Shown here: piece by piece, positions 19,137 through 27,348 of the stretch
How positions within the stretch are numbered: the stretch's first letter is position 1
How the letters are laid out: every line of letters begins with the position of its first letter
Source: Syntrophaceae bacterium UBA4054
GTDB lineage: Bacteria > Desulfobacterota > Syntrophia > Syntrophales > UBA4778
DNA length: 64,000 bases
Direction of reading: 5' to 3'
Assembly (NCBI GenBank): GCA_002383495.1
Contig: DFZO01000022.1
Span: forward strand, 4,465-68,464
Notes under the pieces: model-generated
What the model was told of the DNA's origin: nothing
The model's input: only the letters and a program-made list of their open reading frames with translations
Databases searched by the model: none
Position numbers and translations under genes: made by a program

Positions 19137-19408
19137 AAACCCCGCTCCCTCTTGGCATCCTCCCAGGCAATTACTTTGCCGGTTTCCAACTCCCGAATGC
19201 TTTTCTTGAGTTTGTTCATCAGATCCTTATCGGCCATGATCTCAAGAGTCTCGGTCAGCGTTTCATAGAATTCCCAGGGCATGACGGCCAGTACAGGTTT
19301 TCCCCGCCGTGTGACGGCAATGGCATTCATGTCCTGTTCTTTTCCAAACTGCTCAAGCAGCGATGTGAGCTTTTTTCTTGCCTCGATCATCGGCATTGTT
19401 TTGGACAT
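19133..19408 (-). CDS. Phd/YefM-family type II antitoxin
   Basis: MSKTMPMIEARKKLTSLLEQF...GKPVLAVMPWEFYETLTETLEI is typical of Phd/YefM. RBS AAGGAA is present. It overlaps the toxin remnant by 4 nt. Confidence 0.8.
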   Translation of the reverse strand: MSKTMPMIEARKKLTSLLEQFGKEQDMNAIAVTRRGKPVLAVMPWEFYETLTETLEIMADKDLMNKLKKSIRELETGKVIAWEDAKRERGL

Positions 19409-19524
19409 TGTCTCATTCCTTGAGTGATGTGTTTGTTGATGTATCTCGCAACGTACCTGTTCCGTCAAGTTATTTTTGAAAGGGCGACTCCATGCCCAAC
19501 ACCACATGCCGAACGCCTGCTTGA

Positions 19525-19737
19525 TCACATGGTAAGGCTTGACGGGATAGGATTTCCAGATTTTGCGGAAATCAGCAAGCGGCCTGTCACGGGGTCCTCA
19601 ACAGTGTTGGACACGACGAGGACCGGCAGTTTTCCCTTCCGCAGTATTTTCGCTGTCAGCAGGGTTTGCGCGAGCGGACCGGAGCCGAACTCGAACTCGT
19701 GATTGCCTGAGGTCGTCACGTCAAAGCCCATTAACAT
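19525..19737 (-). pseudogene. about 70-codon remnant of a metallophosphoesterase / 5'-nucleotidase gene
   Basis: The fragment carries the GNHEF(D/E) motif (DVTTSGNHEFEFGSGPL...LPVLVVSNTV) but lacks both ends of the roughly 500-aa family. Confidence 0.45.
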
Positions 19738-19752
19738 ATAAGTCAGGATATC

Positions 19753-20172
19753 CTACTCCCCGATGATCTTCACTAACGCCCGCTTCCTTCTCCGACCGTC
19801 AAACTCTCCGTAGAAAATCTGCTCCCAGGGGCCGAAATCGAGCCGGCCCTTTGTCACGGCGACGACAACCTCCCTTCCCATGATCTGCCGTTTCAGGTGA
19901 GCGTCCCCGTTGTCTTCGCCCGTGCGGTTGTGGCGGTAGCGTGATATGGGTTCATGGGGAGCGAGCTTTTCAAGCCATTCTTCATAATCCTGATGCAGTC
20001 CCGATTCATCGTCATTGATGAAAACACTCGCTGTAATGTGCATCGCGTTTATTAGTATCAAGCCCTCCTTGACGCCGCTTTTTCTGAGGCATTCCTCGAC
20101 CTGCGGCGTGATGTTTACAAAACCCCTCCGTGCGGGGATATTGAACCAGAGTTCCTCCCGGTATGATTTCAT
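19753..20172 (-). CDS. yjbQ: YjbQ/UPF0047 family protein (secondary thiamine-phosphate synthase-type)
   Basis: Starts [27 protein letters not shown] with RBS AGGAGGG. Family motifs [12 protein letters not shown] and NGDAHLK are present. Confidence 0.8.
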   Translation of the reverse strand: MKSYREELWFNIPARRGFVNITPQVEECLRKSGVKEGLILINAMHITASVFINDDESGLHQDYEEWLEKLAPHEPISRYRHNRTGEDNGDAHLKRQIMGREVVVAVTKGRLDFGPWEQIFYGEFDGRRRKRALVKIIGE

Positions 20173-20254
20173 CCTGTCCACCCTCCTGTGTGATACTATT
20201 TTATCAGAGGTACTTTGCCAGATACTCTTTCGCGAGGAAAAGCAAAATCCCGAA

Positions 20255-20596
20255 TCAGTCGAGATCATAATGCAGCTTCAGTGCCCGGTCGATCTTTTCA
20301 AGCACCTGCCGATCGAGTCTGCCCACATGCTTGATCAGTCTGGCCTTGTCGATGGCCCTGGTCTGGTTGATCATAGCCTTTGACTTTTCGGTGAGTCCGC
20401 TGGAACCTACCGGCAGTTCCACTTCGAATGAAAAAATTCTGGAAATGTTTGATGTGATCGGCGTGATGGATATGATCGGGGAATTGGCATTGTTGACGTC
20501 ATTGGAAACAATAACCGCCGGTCTTGTCTTTTTTACTTCATGACCGACCGTTGGATCAAAATTGACCAGGTAGATGTCTCCTTTTTTAAAGGCCAT
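20255..20596 (-). CDS. mazF: MazF/PemK-family type II toxin (mRNA interferase)
   Basis: [33 protein letters not shown]...ITPITS is the canonical PemK/MazF N-terminus. Confidence 0.85.
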   Translation of the reverse strand: MAFKKGDIYLVNFDPTVGHEVKKTRPAVIVSNDVNNANSPIISITPITSNISRIFSFEVELPVGSSGLTEKSKAMINQTRAIDKARLIKHVGRLDRQVLEKIDRALKLHYDLD

Positions 20597-20807
20597 CGCT
20601 CAATGTCCCTTCCAGGTCTCTATATGTTTCCTCCATTTCATTCGCGGCCTCGCGGTATTCCACCGCCAGCCGTTCCTTTTGCCTTTCTTTGATAAGCCGT
20701 TTGATTGCCGTGGCGATGAACCGGCTTCTCTCACGAAGGGGAACCTCCTTCTTCAATTCAGAATAGGTGCTCTCCGGCAAAGAAACATTGACCCTTACTG
20801 CGGGCAT
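20586..20807 (-). CDS. ribbon-helix-helix (CopG/MazE-like) antitoxin
   Basis: MPAVRVNVSLPESTYSELKKEV... is an RHH beta-strand start. RBS GGAGGTG is present. It overlaps mazF by 11 nt. Confidence 0.7.
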   Translation of the reverse strand: MPAVRVNVSLPESTYSELKKEVPLRERSRFIATAIKRLIKERQKERLAVEYREAANEMEETYRDLEGTLSDGL

Positions 20808-21352
20808 AACACACCTCCATGTCTTATGATTATTACACAATAAATATACACAAACAAGGATGTTTGTCAATGGCTTTATGTTCTTTTGGGTTTCCTGCCG
20901 GTTTTATCGAACCAGAACATCAGTGGTTCCATGATTCCATGGCATGCAAAAGCCCAAATAACAATGCCTGATTTTGTCTGAGAGAATGCTATCGGCAGTC
21001 ACGCATTATTAAAGTTCGAGCGAACCGATACTCCTTGCTTCCGAATTTTGTGCTTTGCAAAAGTGAAGAAAATTGGATATATTCCGCTTTCGTCTTTTCA
21101 GGATGCTTTATTTTTTTCAGGGGGTTTGTAACTTTATGTCGGATGCGAAAAAATGATTGCTGGATCACCTGGGTGGCTCTGACGCCGGCCATTATGGCTG
21201 TTTTTGCTGCCATCACGACACTTTATGTTGGGAAATATTCCTCGCGCACCATCATGCATCAGGCATTGGGCATCAGGAAAAGACAAGAGGCAAAGGGGAA
21301 AAAAGTTATTCCACTTGAATCCTTGAACCCCTTTTTGAGGGAGGTTTAGCCA

Positions 21353-22429
21353 TTGGGTCCTGTAAGGGAAATGATGAACAGCCAGGGGCGGAGAAAGATT
21401 GCCCTTCTCGTCTTTTCCGCGATCGTGGTTCTGGGTATCGCGGGAATCCTTTTTTACATGAGCTATCTGAAGAGTCACGTCTCGACGGATGACGCGTTCG
21501 TGGCGGGGAAGATCCACGTGATCGCCTCCAAGGTCCCCGGAACGGTGAAGGCCGTTCATGTCCATGACAACCAGTCCGTGAAGCAGGGCGATCTCCTTGT
21601 CGAGATTGACTCGCAGGACTATGACGTGAGGGTGAGAGAGGCCGAGTCTGCGGTGGGCGCAGAAAGCTCAAAGCTCGCGGAGATATCATCGCGGGTCGAG
21701 GTGACCCGGAAGCAGCTCCGTGAATTCGAGTACAGGCTGGAATCGGCCCGGGCCAATCTCAAGCAGGCCGATCTCGACCTGACACGCGCCCGGAGGCTGT
21801 ATAAGAAGGAAATCCTGCCGGAGGAGAAACTGGAGAAGGCAAAAACAAATTACGATGTGGCCAGGGCCCGGGTGGACGCGGTGAAAGAACAGTTGAAGCA
21901 GGCAGAGGCCGCTTTGGAGACGCAGAAGGCTGTCATCCGGCAGACGGACTCGGCATTCCAGGCGCAGGGATCTCTTCTCAAACAGAGGCAGGAGGTCAGG
22001 AAGGGCGAGGATTTGAAGAGGAGCTACACCAGAATTTACGCGCCTTCAGACGGTTACGTGACCAAGAAGTCCCTGGAGGTCGGAAATCAGATCCAGGCCG
22101 GGCAGCCCCTCATGGCGGTGGTTCCGCTCGGCGATGTCTGGGTGGTCGCGAACTACAAGGAGACACAGCTTGAAAGGGTGAAACCGGGCCAGAAAGTGAA
22201 TATCCGCGTGGACACTTATCCCGGCAAGGCCTTTGAAGGTGTGGTGGACAGCATCATGGCGGGAACAGGCTCTGTTTTCTCACTATTTCCCCCGGAGAAT
22301 GCCACGGGCAATTTCGTGAAAGTCGTCCAGCGGATTCCCGTCAAGATCGTTCTGAAGAAGGGGGCGGATCCGGAGCATAAACTCAGGGTCGGAATGTCCG
22401 TGGAGCCCACGATCATCATAGACAAATAA
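21353..22429 (+). CDS. HlyD-family membrane fusion protein (EmrA-like)
   Basis: TTG start 8 nt after GAGGGAGG. It has an N-terminal TM, HVSTDDAFVAG, a long coiled coil and a barrel (RVDTYPGKAFEGVVDSI). Confidence 0.85.
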   Translation: MGPVREMMNSQGRRKIALLVFSAIVVLGIAGILFYMSYLKSHVSTDDAFVAGKIHVIASKVPGTVKAVHVHDNQSVKQGDLLVEIDSQDYDVRVREAESAVGAESSKLAEISSRVEVTRKQLREFEYRLESARANLKQADLDLTRARRLYKKEILPEEKLEKAKTNYDVARARVDAVKEQLKQAEAALETQKAVIRQTDSAFQAQGSLLKQRQEVRKGEDLKRSYTRIYAPSDGYVTKKSLEVGNQIQAGQPLMAVVPLGDVWVVANYKETQLERVKPGQKVNIRVDTYPGKAFEGVVDSIMAGTGSVFSLFPPENATGNFVKVVQRIPVKIVLKKGADPEHKLRVGMSVEPTIIIDK

Positions 22430-22453
22430 AGGCTGTGACGCTGTAGCGAAGAT

Positions 22454-23989
22454 ATGGTTTCGGAAAGAAACAAGTGGCTCGTCGCCCTCACCGTGATGCT
22501 GCCCACGCTCATGGTCATCATTGACACGTCGGTTGTCAATGTCTCGCTCGATCATATCCGGGGAAGCCTTTCGGCGGGAATTGACGAAGCGACTTGGTCC
22601 ATTACGTCCTATCTGGCAGCGAACGCCATCATCATCCCCATGACCGGCTGGCTCAGCCGGCTCTTCGGAAGGAAGCGCTACCTTATTTTCTCCGTGACCC
22701 TTTTTACCTTGAGTTCTCTGCTCTGCGGCCTTGTCTGGAACATCCAGAGCCTCGTTTTTTTTTCGCATTATCCAGGGTTTCGCCGGTGGCGCCCTCCAGC
22801 CCATTTCGCAATCCATCCTGCTGGAGACCTTTCCACCCTATCAGCACGGGACGGCCATGGCCATTTTCGGGGCGGGCATCATGTTCGGACCCATCATCGG
22901 ACCCCTTCTCGGAGGGTGGATCACGGATAACTGGTCGTGGCACTGGATCTTTTTCATCAATATTCCTGTCGGAGCCATTTCGATTCTCATGTCTCTCGCA
23001 TTCATCATTGACCCGCCTTACATGAAGGGGGTGAAGATGAAAATCGATTACTGGGGGCTCTTCTTTCTTGCCGTGGGGATCGGGGCCCTTCAGATGGTTC
23101 TGGACAGGGGACAGAGGGAGGATTGGTTCTCGTCGGAGTTCATCACCTGGCTGACGGTCATCTCCGCCGTCTTTCTCATTCTTTTTATCATTGTGGAGAT
23201 CTTTGCCGAACATCCCATCGTGAACCTGAGGGCCTTCAAGAACTTCTCTTTCAGTCTGGGGAACGTGGTCCTTTTTTTTGTTCTCGTGAATCTTTTCGGC
23301 AGCATCGTGCTGCTTCCCATCTATCTCCAGACCCTCATGGGATATACGGCGACGCTCGCGGGCGTTCTCCTGGGACCGGGAGGTGTCGCCACCCTGATCT
23401 CCATGCCCATCGCGGGGAAGCTTGTCTCACGGGTGAATCCCAAAGGCCTCATCGCCTTCGGGATCATCCTCACAGGTTATGCCACGCTTCTCATGTCCCG
23501 GTTCAGCCTTGCGGCCGACTTCAGCTCCATTTTATGGCCCCGTGTCCTGATGGGGGTCAGCATGGCCTTCATCTTTGTTCCCTTGATGACGCTTACGTTA
23601 TCGAGTATCCGAAAGGAGGAAATGGCGAACGCCACGTCCATTTTCAATCTTATAAGGAATCTTGGCGGAAGCTTCGGCGTTGCCTTTGTCACCACCATGC
23701 TGACGCGGAGGGCTCAGTTCCACCAGGCCCGCCTGGTGGAACATCTCACGCCTTATGATACGGGTTACAACTGGAGCATTCATCAGGGGGCGCAGGCCCT
23801 GCAGAATGCAGGTATCGACCCCTCGGGCCAGGGCGGGCTCGGGATCATCTATGAGAAAAACTTTTGCGGCAGTCCATGATGATGTCCTTCAACGACGTTT
23901 TCTATATCCTGGCGGTCGCCATCATTTTGATGCTGCCCATCACGTTTTTCATGGTGCGGGTTAGGCATAGCGCCTCCGATCCGCACTAG
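22454..23989 (+). pseudogene. EmrB/QacA-type (DHA2) MFS efflux pump interrupted by two homopolymer frameshifts
   Basis: Three collinear segments are present. NIQSLVFF | RIIQGFAGGAL joins across T9 at 22755-22763. GLGIIYEK | LLRQSMMMSFNDVFYILAV joins across A5 at 23856-23860. Segments 1 and 3 share a frame, and each segment is free of stops. Confidence 0.8.
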
Positions 23990-24109
23990 CAGGCTGTTGC
24001 CCTTCGACAGGCTCAGGGTGACAAAAGAGAAGTTGTCCTGGCAGGCGGTGTCACGGTGAGCTTGTCGAATCGCGGAAGCCTTGCATCTGAGCATTTTTGA
24101 ACCGCCTGC
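23990..24109. repeat. MITE-like palindromic intergenic element, copy A (5' end degenerate)
   Basis: CAGGCTGTTGC...GTCACGGTGAGCTTGTCGAAT...CTTGCATCTGAGCATTTTTGAACCGCCTGC, related to copies at 43456, 54199 and 55008. Confidence 0.7.
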
Positions 24110-24182
24110 AAGAAAATGGTTTTCTAAGGTCTTTCACCTTACGATTTACAACTTACGCCTCGCGCGTTAAGTAATGCCGTTA

Positions 24183-24493
24183 GCCTGTATTAAGAGACGG
24201 GGTTCGAGTGAAAAGAAAAGGGCCTGATGCCCAATGCCTGAAGTCTAATGCCTGTTTTTAAAGGAAGGGTTCGAGGATTCAAGGGGTCAAGGGTTCGAGT
24301 GAAAAAAAATGATTTGAAATATTGTCCGGAGGAGCGTATGTGCTTCCGGAAAAGGGAACTCGGGCCTCCGCTGCCCGAAAAATTTCAAATATGGGTAGGG
24401 GAGCCTTCAGGCTCCCTGAACCGGGGAGCGTAAACACTCCCCTGCCCAAAGGTTCTTTGCCCATGGCCTGTATTAAGAGATAGGGTTCGAGCG
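24183..24493. repeat. mosaic of short intergenic repeat motifs bounded by a 26-nt direct repeat
   Basis: GCCTGTATTAAGAGA-N3-GGTTCGAG occurs at 24183 and 24465. GGATTCAAGGGGTCAAGGG at 24275 matches 33688. CCGGGGAGCGTAAACACTCCCCTGCCC at 24421 is the inverted copy of 33754-33779. Confidence 0.7.
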
Positions 24494-24537
24494 CCCTTAG
24501 CCATTTGCCTTTAGCCTAATTTCAAGGAGTGTTGTTT

Positions 24538-26106
24538 ATGAATAAGGAAGTTGTCAAAGCGAATGTTGTTGTTTTCATCGCCAGCTTCTGTACCCTGGTC
24601 ATCGAATTGGTGGCCGGGAGAATCATGGCGCCCTATGTCGGGGTTTCCCTTTACACATGGACGAGCATCATCGGCGTCGTCCTTGCCGGAATCAGTATCG
24701 GCGCCTACGCCGGAGGGCTGATCGCCGACCGTTACCCCCGGACGTCCACACTCGGCTGGCTTCTTTTCCTGTCGGGATTGGGGGCGTTGATCATCTCGCC
24801 CCTGACCAATCTGATCGGGGCGGCCCAGCTGCAGACCACTCTCATGGTGCGGATCCTCATCCTGACGACCGCCATTTTCTTCATTCCTTCCTGCATCCTC
24901 GGCATGATCTCGCCGGTCGTTGTGAAGCTCACCCTGAATAACCTGTCAAAGACAGGCAATGTGGTTGGGAAGATCTATGCTTTTTCCACGCTCGGCTCCA
25001 TCATCGGAACGTTCGCGACGGGTTTCTTCCTCATTTCATGGATGGGAACGAGGAATCTCCTGCTGGCCATGGCGGTCATTCTCGTCCTTTCGGCCCTGGC
25101 CTTCGGCGGCGCCTTCAGCCGGAAGAGGGCCGTCTTCGCTGTCCTTGCTGTTCTCGTGCCCCTCGTGTGGGTTTTTTACGGTTACGCTTTCAAGCCCCAA
25201 CTCGATGAAAAAATTTATTACTATTTCAAGGAAAGTGACTACTATACGATCAAGCTGTCCCGATACGAAACCCAGGACGGGCAGCAGGCGGAGGCCCTCA
25301 TCCTGGATAACCTGATCCATTCCATCAATGTTCTGGACAACCCGCTCCACCTGGATTACGAGTACCTCCGGATCTACGATGAGTTCATGCGGTGGCGAAC
25401 GAAAAAGCATGGATCGCCGCAGGCCCTTTTCATCGGCGGCGGGGGCTACACCTATCCCCGGTATCTCGAAGTGAAATATCCCTCGGCGGGCATTGATGTC
25501 GTCGAGATTGATCCTGAGATCACGAAGGTCGTGTATGATTATCTCGGGGTCCCGAAGGACACCCGGATCCGGTCCTTCAATGAGGATGGCCGCTGGTTTG
25601 TGATGAACTGCGGGAATAAGGGGAAATACGACTTCATCTTCGGCGATGCCTTCAACGATCTCTCCATACCATACCATTTGACCACAAAGGAGTTCGCGCA
25701 GCAGTTGATGGACCTTCTGAAACCCGACGGCATTCTCATGGCCAACATGATAGACAGCTATGAAAAGGGGCTTATGCTGCCCTCTTATATCCGGACGCTG
25801 GAACAGGTTTTCGGAAAAGGACACGTCCATCTCGTTGCCGTGGCCCCGGATTTCAAGGGAATCAGCACCTGCGTCGTCGTGGCGAGCAGGCAAAGCCTGG
25901 ATCTTGACAGCTTCGTGCGGACGATCAAGAGCGAAGGCGGCACCGAAATGATTTCCCACGTCTTTCCCCAGGAACGCCTGCAGGAGCACCTGGCGAAACG
26001 TCCTTTTGTCATCCTCACGGATGATTATGTGCCTGTCGACAACCTGGTTGCCCCGATCTTCGAGGAGCGCTTCGGGTACAAGAAAAACCGAGAGGCTGAA
26101 GAATGA
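24538..26106 (+). CDS. membrane-fused spermidine synthase-like protein (N-terminal multi-TM domain + aminopropyl/methyltransferase fold)
   Basis: RBS AAGGAG lies 8 nt before ATG 24538. About 210 aa of hydrophobic helices are followed by LFIGGGGYTYPRYL and GDAFNDLSIPYHLTTKEF (SpeE-like). Confidence 0.75.
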   Translation: MNKEVVKANVVVFIASFCTLVIELVAGRIMAPYVGVSLYTWTSIIGVVLAGISIGAYAGGLIADRYPRTSTLGWLLFLSGLGALIISPLTNLIGAAQLQTTLMVRILILTTAIFFIPSCILGMISPVVVKLTLNNLSKTGNVVGKIYAFSTLGSIIGTFATGFFLISWMGTRNLLLAMAVILVLSALAFGGAFSRKRAVFAVLAVLVPLVWVFYGYAFKPQLDEKIYYYFKESDYYTIKLSRYETQDGQQAEALILDNLIHSINVLDNPLHLDYEYLRIYDEFMRWRTKKHGSPQALFIGGGGYTYPRYLEVKYPSAGIDVVEIDPEITKVVYDYLGVPKDTRIRSFNEDGRWFVMNCGNKGKYDFIFGDAFNDLSIPYHLTTKEFAQQLMDLLKPDGILMANMIDSYEKGLMLPSYIRTLEQVFGKGHVHLVAVAPDFKGISTCVVVASRQSLDLDSFVRTIKSEGGTEMISHVFPQERLQEHLAKRPFVILTDDYVPVDNLVAPIFEERFGYKKNREAEE

Positions 26107-27140
26107 AACCAAACGTCTATTTTTCTGAACAAGTGGATTCACGCTCCATCGAAGACGTTTTTGGAAGGGCGCTGAGGGACGGCGTGAAGATCGGGAGAGA
26201 GAGCCGCGTGGCGATCAAGGTCCATTTCGGCGAGAGGGGAAACACGAGATTCGTTTCTCCCGGAAACCTCCAGCCGATCATCGGCTCACTCGGGAAGATC
26301 AACGGCAACTTATTCCTCACGGACGCGAACACCCTCTACCGCGGGATGCGGCTGAACGCGACGGATCACCTGAAGATCGCAAAGGAGCACGGTTTCGACA
26401 GACTGAAGACGAAAATCGTTATCGCTGACGGGGAGAAAGGCGACGAGGAGGTGGACGTCGAGATCGGGAAAACCATATTCTCGAAAGTCAAAATTGCAAA
26501 GGCTGTTGCGGAATCGGATGTCCTTATTGCTGTGTCACACTTCAAGGGCCACATGCTTTTCAGTTTCGGCGGGGCCATAAAGAACATTGGCATGGGCTGC
26601 GGTTCCCGCGCCGGAAAGCTGGAGATGCACTCGAAAATCAAGCCCTCTGTGAGTACGAATTGCGTCGAATGCGGCCGGTGCATTGAGCACTGCCCCGTCG
26701 AGGCGATCAGCGACGAGAGCGGCAAAACCCGGATCAATCAGGTGAAATGCATCGGATGCGCCGGGTGCATCGCTGTCTGCGAGAGCGAGGCCATCGACAT
26801 TCCCTGGCACGGCGCCACGAGCCGGGAGTGCATGGAGCGCTGCGTGGAATACGCTTTCGGCGCCGTCAGGGGGAAGGAGCGCGTATTCGTGACATTCATC
26901 CATCACATCACAAGCGACTGCGACTGCATGCCCGACAGCCGGGTGATCGGCGACGACGTGGGGATCGTATCCTCCACCGATCCCGTGGCCTGCGATCAGG
27001 CGGCCTACGATCTCGTTCTGAGAAAGCACGGCGGGCGGGACATCTTCAAAGCGGCGCATGGCATGGACGGCCGGCATCAGCTTGCCTATGCCGAGCGGAT
27101 CGGCCTCGGGAAGAGGGCGTACACCTTAATCGAACTGTAG
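26103..27140 (+). CDS. DUF362 domain protein with internal 2x[4Fe-4S] ferredoxin module
   Basis: Start overlaps the previous stop (ATGA). CVECGRCIEHCP and CIGCAGCIAVCE motifs lie inside a DUF362-like frame. Confidence 0.75.
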   Translation: MKPNVYFSEQVDSRSIEDVFGRALRDGVKIGRESRVAIKVHFGERGNTRFVSPGNLQPIIGSLGKINGNLFLTDANTLYRGMRLNATDHLKIAKEHGFDRLKTKIVIADGEKGDEEVDVEIGKTIFSKVKIAKAVAESDVLIAVSHFKGHMLFSFGGAIKNIGMGCGSRAGKLEMHSKIKPSVSTNCVECGRCIEHCPVEAISDESGKTRINQVKCIGCAGCIAVCESEAIDIPWHGATSRECMERCVEYAFGAVRGKERVFVTFIHHITSDCDCMPDSRVIGDDVGIVSSTDPVACDQAAYDLVLRKHGGRDIFKAAHGMDGRHQLAYAERIGLGKRAYTLIEL

Positions 27141-27143
27141 TGG

Positions 27144-27203
27144 CAGGCTGTTGAAAAACCATTTTTATCCGTTGCTGTCATTCCCGTGGAAACGGGAATC
27201 CAG
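27144..27203. repeat. solo terminal repeat CAGGCTGTTGAAAAAC plus GTCATTCCCGTGGAAACGGGAATCCAG hairpin unit
   Basis: It shares the terminal motif of the MITE-like family and the GTCAT hairpin family. Confidence 0.6.
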
Positions 27204-27348
27204 TTTTTTAATAACGTTATGAGTTCCCCACGTTTTATTCAAGAGTCATGGTGCCGCACGTTATGCTTCCCTGAATGCACAAAAGCAGAATCAGCGGCTT
27301 ATGAATGGGATTGAAAACAAATTGAATGAAACGGAATCCGGGTATTTG

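Noticed and set aside
19133-19528. 131-aa version of the antitoxin ORF
   Set aside because: Phd/YefM homology begins at the internal MSKTMPMIEARKK, which has its own RBS. The upstream 40 codons overlap the nucleotidase remnant and look non-coding.
21035-21349. 104-aa ORF in the AT-rich spacer before the EmrA-like gene, including a hydrophobic stretch WVALTPAIMAVFAAITTLYVG
   Set aside because: It has no RBS or convincing start, and its composition is mixed. It may be a remnant of a small membrane protein gene, but I cannot support it.
24183-24493. Possible CRISPR array or tRNA genes, suggested by repeated GGTTCGAG motifs that resemble T-loops
   Set aside because: There are only two copies of the 26-nt repeat, 282 bp apart, with heterogeneous content in between and no cas genes. 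No acceptor or anticodon stems can be drawn around the GGTTCGAG motifs.
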